64,000 bases of DNA, taken from contig CAZAZE010000007.1 in the NCBI GenBank assembly GCA_964489545.1, positions 120,015 through 184,014 on the forward strand, given 5' to 3'. Under the pieces are notes generated by a model that searched no databases, was not told where the DNA came from, and saw only the letters and a program-made list of their open reading frames with translations. How positions within the stretch are numbered: position 1 is the stretch's first letter; each line of letters begins with the position of its first letter. The translations under genes and the position numbers were made by a program. This stretch comes from an uncultured Bacteroidales bacterium (GTDB lineage: Bacteria > Bacteroidota > Bacteroidia > Bacteroidales > JAGOPY01). Positions 45,068 to 55,000 of this stretch are shown here, in pieces.

Positions 45068-46504
45068 TCAGATAGGGGCCCGGAAATGAAGGAATATCCC
45101 GGTTTCATTCATGAAGTTCACCGCGAATTCCACCCGGATCACGACATCGTAATAGGCGACGAAATCAAGGCCCGCCCCGTAACCCAGCAAAAGCGCATTC
45201 TGCAGGTCGTTGGTTTCCCGCCCGAAGTCCTGGCGATAATATCCATAGCCGGCATCCACGAACAGATTCATATACAGGGCATAAAAATATTTTCTGAATC
45301 GCTCGGACCGGATATTCCGGAACTCGCCAATGGTCTGCGGGATAAGGGCGAACTTCAGGTTATTCTTGAGAATCCCGAAATGGGTGGCATCCACTACATA
45401 ATACTCATAAGATCTGACCATATCGCGGTCGTAGCCGATGCCCCTGAGCAGGAAGTAGGGCTGCTCCGCTCCGGCCGACAGCTTGACATTCAACCCGGAT
45501 GCGAAATAGAGCCGGGGATCCAGGGCCCAGTATTTCCGGAAGGTGGAAAGGACATTGAACGTATTCACGCTGTGGTCAAGGTCCCAGAAGCCCTGCTTGT
45601 TGAGTTCCAGGTCGAAATACCATCCTTTGAGCGGGTAGTTCTTGAAATCGCGGTGGTCGCTCTTCAGGAGATAACGGGCGGTCAGGTAGCGGATGTCGTT
45701 CCTGCCGTCAACAGAGTAATGCTCATTTTGCTGCAGCAGGCTGTCGGAGAAATGATGATGGTCATACCTGACCTCAAAAAGGTGCGTATTATGGATCCCT
45801 TTCCGGACTGTTAGCTGGCCGAAAAAAAACAGGTCGTTGCGGGCATCTGAGGATGGATCCTCGTAAAACACATGCCGGTTATTTTCCGTCCGGGCCTGCG
45901 TTTCACGCCGGCTCCACATACCCCCTCCAAACGTCAGGCCAAGGGTTTTTCGGCGATTGAAGTATGGAACAGTATATTGAAAATCAAATAATCTGTCATA
46001 ACCAAACTGCGCCCTGAGCCGAAGATTTTCTTTCCGGCCCCTGAAATTCCGCCAATCGATATAGAATCCGTAACTAAGCCTGCTGAAATCCTTCGTTTCC
46101 CACCAGACATTGAAATTCCGGTCGGAAATGAGCAGGATCGGGATGGGCCATACATACCAGCGCTCGGTGACATGAATGGCGACCTGCACGGAACCGGGCT
46201 GCCCGTCTGAAGGTGAGCGGGTGATCTCCACGAAATTGAACAGCAGGGTGTTGAGCAGATTTTCCCGGGACCGGGCCATCAGCGAGTCCAGGGCGGAACC
46301 GGAATAGGTCACGCCGCCGGAGAGCACCAGTTCTCTGAGAATGATCTGGGGCCGGGTGATCTTGTTCCCGGTGATCACAATGGTATCTACGCGGAGGATG
46401 GATCCCGGGCCGGTCTGGGCATGGACCGGTACAAGCAGGCCCGCAATGAACAGGGTCAGTGCCAGGGCGCAAACCAGGCGATATGAATTTATTTTTCGAA
46501 GCAA
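45068..46504 (-). CDS. Omp85-superfamily outer-membrane protein with a single POTRA domain (BamA/TamA-like paralog)
   Basis: Signal peptide ending VHAQ, one POTRA-like unit (VDTIVITGNKITRPQIILRELV...) and a ~370-aa Tyr/Phe/Gly-rich barrel ending ...GIFLHFRAPI. Confidence 0.7.
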   Translation of the reverse strand: MLRKINSYRLVCALALTLFIAGLLVPVHAQTGPGSILRVDTIVITGNKITRPQIILRELVLSGGVTYSGSALDSLMARSRENLLNTLLFNFVEITRSPSDGQPGSVQVAIHVTERWYVWPIPILLISDRNFNVWWETKDFSRLSYGFYIDWRNFRGRKENLRLRAQFGYDRLFDFQYTVPYFNRRKTLGLTFGGGMWSRRETQARTENNRHVFYEDPSSDARNDLFFFGQLTVRKGIHNTHLFEVRYDHHHFSDSLLQQNEHYSVDGRNDIRYLTARYLLKSDHRDFKNYPLKGWYFDLELNKQGFWDLDHSVNTFNVLSTFRKYWALDPRLYFASGLNVKLSAGAEQPYFLLRGIGYDRDMVRSYEYYVVDATHFGILKNNLKFALIPQTIGEFRNIRSERFRKYFYALYMNLFVDAGYGYYRQDFGRETNDLQNALLLGYGAGLDFVAYYDVVIRVEFAVNFMNETGIFLHFRAPI

Positions 46505-46516
46505 AGAGGATAGATA

Positions 46517-47179
46517 TCAGATGCTAAGATAATTCATCAGGGAATCATACCGCTCTTTGAGTTCGTCCAGGTCGTCTTTTTCGGCAAAAGTAGCCTTGAT
46601 CGTGTAATGATAGCGCTCGAAGGTCTGGATCACCGGAGCCAGGTCTGTATTATTGATTTTCAAGGTGATGTCGATCAGCGTCGACTCGGTCCGCGAGGTG
46701 ATGAATGCGCACAGGATGCGGGCGTCGTTGGATTCGATGATCTGTGCGATTTCCGACATGGAATAGTTATTCGTCGAAGCTTCCAGGACAATGATCCCGC
46801 CCGGGTTCAGGATAGAGGTATTCCGGGTCAGGTAGCTCAGGAGTTTATCCAGGGTAATGAGCCCGCTGTAGCCATTGCGGTGATCGACCACGGGCAGGAG
46901 GGTCAGCTGCATCTCCGTGAACATCTTCATGATATCGAACACATGCTGGTTCTCATTGACGAAAGCATTGGGCAGGGAAAGCCTGACGTCGCCAACCGGG
47001 CTGTCCGGATCCGGGTGGTTGACCAGGTCAGACTCGCTGATCAGGCCGAGCAGGTCCCGTTCATTCACCACCGGAAGGTGGCGGACGTTGTTCTCATCCA
47101 TGAGGTTCAATGCAAAGGAGCAGGTGTCGCTGGTTTTCAGCGGCATGATGTCGTTGCAGGAGATTTCTTTGGCAATCAT
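46517..47179 (-). CDS. CBS-pair domain protein with a C-terminal ACT-like domain
   Basis: Two CBS units (...HLPVVNERDLLGLISESDL... and ...LLPVVDHRNGYSGLITLDKLL...) followed by a ~90-aa alpha/beta tail. Confidence 0.8.
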   Translation of the reverse strand: MIAKEISCNDIMPLKTSDTCSFALNLMDENNVRHLPVVNERDLLGLISESDLVNHPDPDSPVGDVRLSLPNAFVNENQHVFDIMKMFTEMQLTLLPVVDHRNGYSGLITLDKLLSYLTRNTSILNPGGIIVLEASTNNYSMSEIAQIIESNDARILCAFITSRTESTLIDITLKINNTDLAPVIQTFERYHYTIKATFAEKDDLDELKERYDSLMNYLSI

Positions 47180-47197
47180 AACTTTCTGTTCATCAAA

Positions 47198-48124
47198 TCA
47201 TTTATCATCATCCCAGTCGCGGCCGTAAAAGATCCTGAGGTAATTTTCATAGCGGGAGGCTGCGATCTCTCCGGACTCCACAGCTTTCATGACGGCGCAG
47301 CCCGGCTCATGCACATGGGTGCAGTTGCTGTAGCGGCACTGGTGCATCAGCGCCCGCATTTCGGGGAACCGCTCTGCCACCTCTCCCCGGTCAAAGTCGA
47401 TCAGCCCGAATTCCTTGATGCCAGGCGTGTCGATGATATAGCCCCCGAACGACAGCCCGAACATCTCCGCGAAAGTGGTCGCATGCTGGCCTTTCAGGTG
47501 ATAGGAAGATATCTCCATGATTTTGAGATCAAGCCCGGGTTCAAGGTAGTTGATCAGTGTGGACTTGCCTACGCCGGAATGTCCGGAAAGCAGGGTGACC
47601 TTATCCTTTAAAACGTTCCGCAATTCGTCCATGCCTTCCCCACTTACCGCAGAGGTGCGGATGCAGGGATATCCGGCCCCTCTGTATATCCGCTCCGTTG
47701 TTTCCAGCAATTCGAGCAATTCCTCATCATACAGGTCGGTTTTGTTCAGAACGATGATCGCCGGAATGTGATACGCTTCCGCCGTAACCAGGAACCGGTC
47801 GATGAAACCGGTGGAGGTCCTGGGGAAGGCCAGGGTTGCGACCAGCATCACCTGGTCCATGTTGGCCGCCAGTACGTGCGACTCTTTGGAGAGCTTGGTG
47901 GCCCTCCGGATGATGTAGTTATGGCGGTTATAGATATGGGTGATAACCCAGGCGTCGTCGCCTGATAAGGATTCCACCTCCACGAGGTCGCCCACCGCTA
48001 CCGGGTTGGTGGTCCGGATGCCCCGGATCCTGAACTTGCCTTTGATCCTGCAGCTGACATATTTCCCATCCTCCTTCCTGACGGTGTGCCAGCTTCCGGT
48101 AGAGCGGGTAACGGTTCCTTTCAC
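47198..48124 (-). CDS. rsgA: Ribosome small-subunit-dependent GTPase A
   Basis: Circularly permuted GTPase motifs NKTDL ... GHSGVGKSTLIN ... DTPG, plus the Zn knuckle CRYSNCTHVHEPGC. Confidence 0.9.
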   Translation of the reverse strand: MKGTVTRSTGSWHTVRKEDGKYVSCRIKGKFRIRGIRTTNPVAVGDLVEVESLSGDDAWVITHIYNRHNYIIRRATKLSKESHVLAANMDQVMLVATLAFPRTSTGFIDRFLVTAEAYHIPAIIVLNKTDLYDEELLELLETTERIYRGAGYPCIRTSAVSGEGMDELRNVLKDKVTLLSGHSGVGKSTLINYLEPGLDLKIMEISSYHLKGQHATTFAEMFGLSFGGYIIDTPGIKEFGLIDFDRGEVAERFPEMRALMHQCRYSNCTHVHEPGCAVMKAVESGEIAASRYENYLRIFYGRDWDDDK

Positions 48125-48159
48125 GGGGGAAATTTATTTGTAAAATTACAAACTATATT

Positions 48160-48167
48160 TAACTTTG
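48160..48167 (+). promoter_or_regulatory. -7 promoter box TAACTTTG
   Basis: TAnnTTTG match 24 nt upstream of the ATG at 48191. Confidence 0.4.
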
Positions 48168-48190
48168 ACTGGTTAATTCCTTCCCTGCCT

Positions 48191-48874
48191 ATGGAGTCTT
48201 TACGATTGTTTTCTTTCTTTCTGCCCCCTGTTATTGCAGGTCTGGTCTTCCTTTATTTAAGATACCGCTTCCCGGGAAGTTCTTTAAAACTACCGTTACG
48301 GGCGTTTTTCTGGGGGATGGTCAGCATTGTGCTGGTCATCGCCATACAGCTATTCGCGTTCTATTTCGAACTGGACCGGCTGAACAGCATCCGGAGGATC
48401 ATTTTTTACGCCCTGGTGATCATGGCTTTTTTCTCAGAACTGGGCAAGTTTTTCATTCTGAAGATCCTGATCTATCCAAAGAAGGAATTTACCAGTCCGG
48501 TCGACGGGATTATTTACGGGGTGATCGTTTCTTTGGGGTTTGCCACCATGAACAACATCATTTTCCTTGTAGATTTTCCGAACCTGACGGTCAACCTGGC
48601 CAACGCCTTCTCGGCCGGGCCCGCCGCGGTGGTTTTCGGGGTGATGATGGGATTTTTCGTCGGGCTCGGCAAGCTGCGCAGGATGCGTTTCATTGATTCC
48701 ATGACCGGCCTGGCCGCAGCGGTATTTTTCCACGGCCTGTATGATTTTTGCCTGCTCACGGAGGATTACCGGCTGCTCTGGGCGTTCTTCACCGGATCGG
48801 CCATCATCGCCATCTCCTTATGCATCGCAGCGATTCGTTTGCACCAGGAGGCCCGGAGCGAGGCGAAACAGTGA
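48191..48874 (+). CDS. PrsW-family intramembrane protease-like protein
   Basis: About 7 TM helices with FFSELGKF (E..K) and FHGLYDF (H...D) motifs in TM segments. I prefer the start at 48191 (MESLRLF). Confidence 0.55.
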   Translation: MESLRLFSFFLPPVIAGLVFLYLRYRFPGSSLKLPLRAFFWGMVSIVLVIAIQLFAFYFELDRLNSIRRIIFYALVIMAFFSELGKFFILKILIYPKKEFTSPVDGIIYGVIVSLGFATMNNIIFLVDFPNLTVNLANAFSAGPAAVVFGVMMGFFVGLGKLRRMRFIDSMTGLAAAVFFHGLYDFCLLTEDYRLLWAFFTGSAIIAISLCIAAIRLHQEARSEAKQ

Positions 48875-48879
48875 GCGGA

Positions 48880-49986
48880 TCACCGGTTTACCCGGTAGAC
48901 TTTTCCCGGGAGGCTGCGGATCAAACCATCGAACTCGAGTTTGAGCAAAATGGCCGCCACGCGGCTGGCCGTCATCCCTGATCCCAGGTATATTTCATCG
49001 ATGCCGGCTTCTCCGTTGCGGAGCAACAGGTCATATATTTTCTTTTCCTCCTCCCCCATTTCGGCAAAGAGTTTTTGCTGGGCCTGCACCCGGGCCGGGC
49101 TGTTGTCCCAGTCCATCATCTGGCATATTTCAGCGGCCGATTGAACCAGGGCCGCCTTATTGGCGCTGATCAGCCGGTTGCAGCCGGCGGATTTTGGGTC
49201 CGTCGTCCGGCCCGGGATCGCAAACACATCACGGTTGTAAGAATTGGCAATATCCGCCGTGATGAGCGCGCCCCCCTTTTCAGCCGATTCAATGACGAGC
49301 GTGGCATCGGCCAGCCCGGCGATGATCCGGTTGCGGCGGGGAAAATAATCCCTGTTCAGCCGGGTTCGGCTCATGAACTCCGTGGCCAGCCCCCCGTTGC
49401 CGGTCATTTTCTCCGCCAGTTGGCGGTTGGTATAGGGATAAACCTGATCAAGGCCGTGGGCCAGCACCCCGATGGTCGGCAACCCAGCGTTCACGGCGGC
49501 CCGGTGGGCAATCGTATCGATGCCATAAGCCAGTCCGCTCACGATCATGACGCCCAGGCCTGACAGATCACTTACCAACTGCTCGCAAACCGCTCTGCCG
49601 TAATCAGTGGGACTACGCGTCCCTACGATGCTCAGGACCCGCTTCCCGGAGTCCAGCCCTGTTCCCTTGAAATACAGCATCATCGGTCCGTCGTCGCAAT
49701 GCTTCAGGCGTTCCGGATAGTCCGGATCCAGGAAGAATACCGCGGAAATCCTGAACTTTCGCGTAAATTCCAGTTCTTCCTCCGCCCGGCGGAAAACCTC
49801 CCTGGAACGTATGGCATCGGCCAGGGCATGCCCAACGCCGGGAATGCGGAGGAGGTTTTTCTTCTTTTCACGGAATACCGCCTCCGGCCCTCCGCAATAA
49901 GCCACCAGTTTTTTCCCCTGCACATCGCCAATTCCCGGGATCAGCGTCACGGCAATGCGGTAGATCAGTTCATCATTTGTTTCCAT
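48880..49986 (-). CDS. dprA: DNA-processing protein DprA (Smf)
   Basis: Rossmann-like core with GLAYGIDTIAHRAA and GGALITA, and a C-terminal winged-helix DprA tail. 368 aa. Confidence 0.9.
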   Translation of the reverse strand: METNDELIYRIAVTLIPGIGDVQGKKLVAYCGGPEAVFREKKKNLLRIPGVGHALADAIRSREVFRRAEEELEFTRKFRISAVFFLDPDYPERLKHCDDGPMMLYFKGTGLDSGKRVLSIVGTRSPTDYGRAVCEQLVSDLSGLGVMIVSGLAYGIDTIAHRAAVNAGLPTIGVLAHGLDQVYPYTNRQLAEKMTGNGGLATEFMSRTRLNRDYFPRRNRIIAGLADATLVIESAEKGGALITADIANSYNRDVFAIPGRTTDPKSAGCNRLISANKAALVQSAAEICQMMDWDNSPARVQAQQKLFAEMGEEEKKIYDLLLRNGEAGIDEIYLGSGMTASRVAAILLKLEFDGLIRSLPGKVYRVNR

Positions 49987-50009
49987 AGAATCCGTTTTTT
50001 CTTTATTAA

Positions 50010-50017
50010 TACCTTTG
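50010..50017 (+). promoter_or_regulatory. -7 promoter box TACCTTTG
   Basis: TAnnTTTG match 20 nt upstream of the listed TTG start at 50037. Confidence 0.4.
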
Positions 50018-50036
50018 TTGGGAGAAATATACCCGG

Positions 50037-51146
50037 TTGTCGAAAAAAAAATCCAAAGTACTGGTATGCCCGCTCGACTGGGGGATTGGCCACGCCACGC
50101 GCTGTGTCCCTGTCATCAGGCATTTGCGTGATCAGGGGGCCGAAGTGCTCATTGCCGCCGGCGGCAACCCGCTGGCCTTTCTCCGGGGTGAATTTCCGGA
50201 ACTGGCTTTCATCCCCTTTCCCGGGCCTCAGATCCGTTATTCAAGGAAGAAAAGGATGCTGCTCCGGATGCTGCTCCAGGCGCCCCGGCTCATTGCGGGG
50301 ATCTGGCAGGAGCATCGACGCCTGCGACGCATCATCAGGGAACATGATATTGACGCGGTAATCTCCGACAACCGCTTCGGGCTCTGGTCGGCGCAGGTTC
50401 CATCGGTGTACATCACCCACCAGGTCATGATCAAGGCCCCGCACTGGGGAGGATTGGCAGAGCCGCTGCTGCACCGGATCCATGGCTGGTTCATTTCCCG
50501 GTACGACGAATGCTGGATCCCCGATGAACCCGGCGACAACAACCTCAGCGGCGACCTGGCCCACCGCTATCCACCGCCTGGCAACAGTTTGTTCGTCGGC
50601 CCGCTTTCGCGCTTTGAAAAACCGCATGAGCCGGCCCGGAACAACGGGGCCGGCCCGGACTGGCTGTTCCTGCTTTCCGGGCCGGAGCCGCAGCGTACAG
50701 TTTTTGAAGAGATCATCATTTCTGAGCTCGGCAAAGGCTTCCCCGGAACGGCGGTCATCCTGCAGGGCCTGCCCGCCGGAGTCCGGCAGCGGGAAATGGG
50801 CGCGCGGACCAGGATCCTGCCCCACCTGCCCGATGAAGCGCTCAGGGATCTCATCCTTTCGGCTGGGAAAATTGTTTGCCGACCGGGTTACTCCACGCTG
50901 ATGGATCTGGCCATGCTGGGCAGAACCGCGGTACTGGTCCCAACCCCAGGCCAGACCGAACAGGAATACCTCGCAGGACATGCGGCACGGAACGGACGCT
51001 TTCGCGTGGTCTGCCAGGATCAATTCCGCATCACGGAGATTACGGACCTGGCTGGAACAGAATCTCCGGAAAGAATTGTCCACCAGGAAAAATACAAAGA
51101 AGCCATCGACCGGCTCCTGCTGAAACTAAAGGCACGGGAATCCTGA
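50037..51146 (+). CDS. GT-B fold glycosyltransferase (GT1/GT28, MurG-like family)
   Basis: N-terminus VLVCPLDWGIGHATRC (Gly-rich acceptor-domain loop). C-terminus ...PGYSTLMDL...VLVPTPGQTEQEYLA (nucleotide-sugar domain). The start codon is uncertain (TTG). Confidence 0.7.
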   Translation: MSKKKSKVLVCPLDWGIGHATRCVPVIRHLRDQGAEVLIAAGGNPLAFLRGEFPELAFIPFPGPQIRYSRKKRMLLRMLLQAPRLIAGIWQEHRRLRRIIREHDIDAVISDNRFGLWSAQVPSVYITHQVMIKAPHWGGLAEPLLHRIHGWFISRYDECWIPDEPGDNNLSGDLAHRYPPPGNSLFVGPLSRFEKPHEPARNNGAGPDWLFLLSGPEPQRTVFEEIIISELGKGFPGTAVILQGLPAGVRQREMGARTRILPHLPDEALRDLILSAGKIVCRPGYSTLMDLAMLGRTAVLVPTPGQTEQEYLAGHAARNGRFRVVCQDQFRITEITDLAGTESPERIVHQEKYKEAIDRLLLKLKARES

Positions 51147-51182
51147 TTCGCATGATCAGGATCGATAATCCAGCATATTTCC

Positions 51183-51190
51183 TACTTTTG
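51183..51190 (+). promoter_or_regulatory. -7 promoter box TACTTTTG
   Basis: TAnnTTTG match 21 nt upstream of the lgt ATG. Confidence 0.45.
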
Positions 51191-51210
51191 GCGTTCAAAT
51201 CTGTTTTATC

Positions 51211-52020
51211 ATGACCCTGGCTACAATTACCTGGAATGCCGACCCCGAGATATTCCGCATCGGCAGTTTCGCGGTCCGCTGGTACGGCGTACTGTTCGCA
51301 ATGGGCTTTGTTTGCGGATACTTTATCATCCAGCAGTTCTTTAAAAAGGAAGGAATCCCGCTCAAACTGCTCGATCAGCTCACAACCACCATGGTTGTGG
51401 CTACGGTGATCGGCGCCAGGCTGGGACATTGCCTGTTCTACGAACCGGACTATTACCTCAGGAATCCCATTGATATTCTGAAGGTATGGGAAGGCGGACT
51501 GGCGAGCCATGGCGCCGCGATCGGGATTCTGCTCGGCATCTGGATTTTCTCCCGGAAAAACAAACGCTCTTTCTGGTGGACCATCGACCGGATCGCTGTG
51601 GTGACCGCGCTGGCCGGGTTTTTCATCCGGATGGGCAACCTGATGAATTCGGAGATATTCGGAAAACCCACATCACTTCCCTGGGGCTTTATTTACGAAA
51701 ACGCCGCCGATCCGGAACAAAGGCTGCAGCCCAGGCATCCTACACAGATCTATGAAGGACTGGCCTACCTGGTCATCTTTGTCTTCCTGATGTTCGTTTA
51801 TTACCGCAGGAACGGAAAGCCCAGGGAAGGCGTGCTGATCAGCCTGTTTTTCATCCTGGTGTTCGGGGTCCGCTTCTTCATTGAATTCCTGAAAGAACCT
51901 CAGGTGGGTTTTGAGCACACCATGACCCTCAACATGGGCCAGTGGCTGAGCGTCCCGTTTGTCCTGGCCGGCGCGGCCGGGCTTTGGTTCTTTTCGCGGA
52001 AGAAAACGGCAGGCCGCTGA
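51211..52020 (+). CDS. lgt: Prolipoprotein diacylglyceryl transferase
   Basis: VRWYGVLFAMGF, GGLASHGA and HPTQIYE motifs, 269 aa. Confidence 0.9.
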   Translation: MTLATITWNADPEIFRIGSFAVRWYGVLFAMGFVCGYFIIQQFFKKEGIPLKLLDQLTTTMVVATVIGARLGHCLFYEPDYYLRNPIDILKVWEGGLASHGAAIGILLGIWIFSRKNKRSFWWTIDRIAVVTALAGFFIRMGNLMNSEIFGKPTSLPWGFIYENAADPEQRLQPRHPTQIYEGLAYLVIFVFLMFVYYRRNGKPREGVLISLFFILVFGVRFFIEFLKEPQVGFEHTMTLNMGQWLSVPFVLAGAAGLWFFSRKKTAGR

Positions 52021-52021
52021 T

Positions 52022-55000
52022 TTATCTTCCGGAATAGAACTTCACGGTTTCATCGATGCTCGCGGCAAGTTCCTGCTGGTCGCGCTGCCGTGCGATCATC
52101 AGCATGTTCTGGAGAAGCCGCAGGGTCCGTTCCCGGCTATCGCGGTAATATCGCCCGGCAAAAGCCGGATCCACCGAACTGAAATACCTGAGATCATCCG
52201 CATAGACCTCATGCAGCCTGCTGATGATGGCATTGCCCTTATCCGGTTGTTCCAGCCCGTAGTACAATTCAGCAAACGGGATCATCAGCATGTCATAGGG
52301 TATTTTGCTGTCCGGGAAAAAGTGCAGGCAGGTGTCGAGCAGATGAAGCGCTTTCTCCTGTTCGCCGCGCAGCGCAAAGGTTTCGGCCGCCCTGAGGTAG
52401 TTCTGCCGCGGCAGCCTGGAGTTGCGCATGCTTTCCCGGTCGACGGTAACGTCCGGGTCGTTCAGGTTGCCCCAGCTGCACTGGGTGAACACCTCATACG
52501 TCTTTTCTGCATTTACCCCTCCGATGGTCTGGTAGAAGTTCTCCGCCTTGACCGGCATGAACTTGTATACCATTCCCTCCTGGTGGAAATATTCATCCAG
52601 CGGAAGGATCTCTGACAGGCTGGATGGGTTGGCGGTGTAAATGGAGCGTTCCCAGTTGCTGGTCGCCAGGAAGTCCAGCACCATAAGGTCATTCTTGAAG
52701 AGCCCGCTTTGTGTGATCTCCCATTCAATATAGGGAACGATCCGGTCGGCCATTTCCCTGGGCACAATTCCGTTCTCCACACATTTGCGCGCATCGACCG
52801 TAAGCCGGATTTTCGATGAAGGCAGGAAATTGATCTTCTTCCCTCCGGAGATCGGGAGTTTTGACCGCTCATCGTCTGCGGCGATAAAGGAGATCAGGTC
52901 GGACAGTTCCGTGTACTTATTTTCCAGGCTCGGATGGGTATAAACGGGGATATAATTATTCACTCCGTTTTCATACTGGTTATAAGAGAGGGTAAATGAC
53001 AGCGGGTCGGAATCGTACATTTTGTAAAACATTTGCTGGACGTACCAATGGCCCGAAGCCAGCATATGGTTCACTACCCGCACATCAGTGCGGAATCCTT
53101 CGACTTCCTGGGCATACCACAGCGGGAACGTATCGTTGTCGCCAAAAGTGATCAGGATGGAGTTCCGGTCGCAGCCCCGCAGGTAATTATAGGCGAAGTC
53201 CCGGGCGGCGTATTTCCCCGACCGGTCATGGTCGTCCCAGCCCTGTTGCGCCATGATGCCGGGTACGAGGACCAGGCAGGCGGCCACGGAGGCGCCGGCG
53301 GCCAGGGTCTGTTGACTCTTCAGCTTCCTCTGCAGGAATTCAGACAATCCCATGGCCCCAAAACCGATCCATATGGCGAAGGCGTAAAAAGATCCGGCAT
53401 AGGCATAATCCCGCTCCCTGGGCTGCAGTGGGTACTGGTTGAGAAAGACCACGATCGCCAGGCCCGTCATCAAAAACAACAGGAACACCACCCAGGTGTC
53501 GTTGCGGTCTTTCTTCAGATGATAGAATAGCCCGACGATACCCAGTATCAGTGGCAGCAGGTAAAACTTATTGTGCGCCGCATTTTCCCGGCTGATCGGC
53601 AGATCGGCCTGGCTGCCCAGGCGGCCGCTGTCGATGAAATTGATCCCGCTGATCCAGTTACCATTCTCCGGTTCACCCTGGCTTTCGATGTCGTTCTGGC
53701 GGCCGGCGAAATTCCACATGAAATAGCGGAAATACATATGCCCGACCTGGTACGTAAAGAAAAAGCGGAGGTTCTCTCCGAAAGTGGGCCTGTATATGGT
53801 CTCTGAGGTACCATCCTGTTTCCGGACGGAAATGGGGGTCCCTTTAATGTTGCCATATTCTTTATAATAACGGATGTGTCCGCTTTTCTGATTGCTCCAC
53901 ATCCTGGGGAAGATGGTTTTGAACCGGGGATCATACACCGCCACGGAGCCTTTGCGGTCGTCGGTCACAACATATTTTCCTTTAGCCCGGTCCTTGATAT
54001 AAACGGGGGTTCCGTCCTCATAATCGACCACGGGAGCATTGTAGTATTGCCCGTAATAAAGCGGATAAGTCCCGTACTGTTCCCGGTTCAGGTAAGAAAG
54101 CAAAGAGATGGCATCCTCCGGGTTGTTTTCATCGATCGGGGTGTTCGCATTGGACCGGATAATGAGCATGAAAAACGACGAATAACCGATAAGAAGATAA
54201 ACGAAAGCGAGGATGACCGAATTGAGTACGCTTTTATTCCGCCGGTATGTGTACCAGTGTCCCCAGATAATGAGGCCGATGAGTACTGCGAAGTAGATAA
54301 TGGTTCCCGAATTGAACGGGAGGCCCACCGTATTGACGAAGAACAGCTCAAAACCTCCGGCCAGCCTGACGATCCCCGGAATGAAGAGGTACATCAGAAC
54401 GGCCAGGATCAGGATGGAAATGGCGCCGGCCAGGAACATTCCTTTGCGGGTGGGCTTGTATTTCCGGAAATAGTAGACAAATGTGACGGCCGGGATCGCC
54501 AGCAGGTTGAGCAGGTGGATCCCGATGGTCAGTCCGATCATGAAGGCGATCAGGATGAGCCAGCGCAGTGAATGGCTCTCATCGGCCACGACCTCCCATT
54601 TCAGGATTGCCCAGAAAGTGATGGCGGTGAACAGGGAAGACATCGCGTATACCTCTCCTTCCGATGCCGAAAACCAGAAGGAATCGGAAAACGTGAAGGC
54701 CATGGCGCCGACGAAGGCGCCCCCGAGGATGGTGATTAACTGATTGGTAGTAAAGTGGTTATTTTCGGGGCGGATGAATTTTCGGCCCAGCAGGGTGATG
54801 GTCCAGAACAGGAACAGGATGGTCAGGGCGCTGGAAAGGGCCGACATCATATTGATCATCAACGCAACATTCGATGTGTCGCCGAAGGCCAGAAGGGAAA
54901 AGAACCGTCCGATCAACTGGAAGGTGGGCGCTCCGGGGGGATGGCCGACCTGAAGCTTATAGGCCGTGGAGATATATTCACCGCAATCCCACCAGCTGGC

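Noticed and set aside
46607-47611. A 334-aa plus-strand ORF
   Set aside because: It is antisense across the CBS gene, the spacer and rsgA. A real gene would not be expected to overlap two conserved genes completely.
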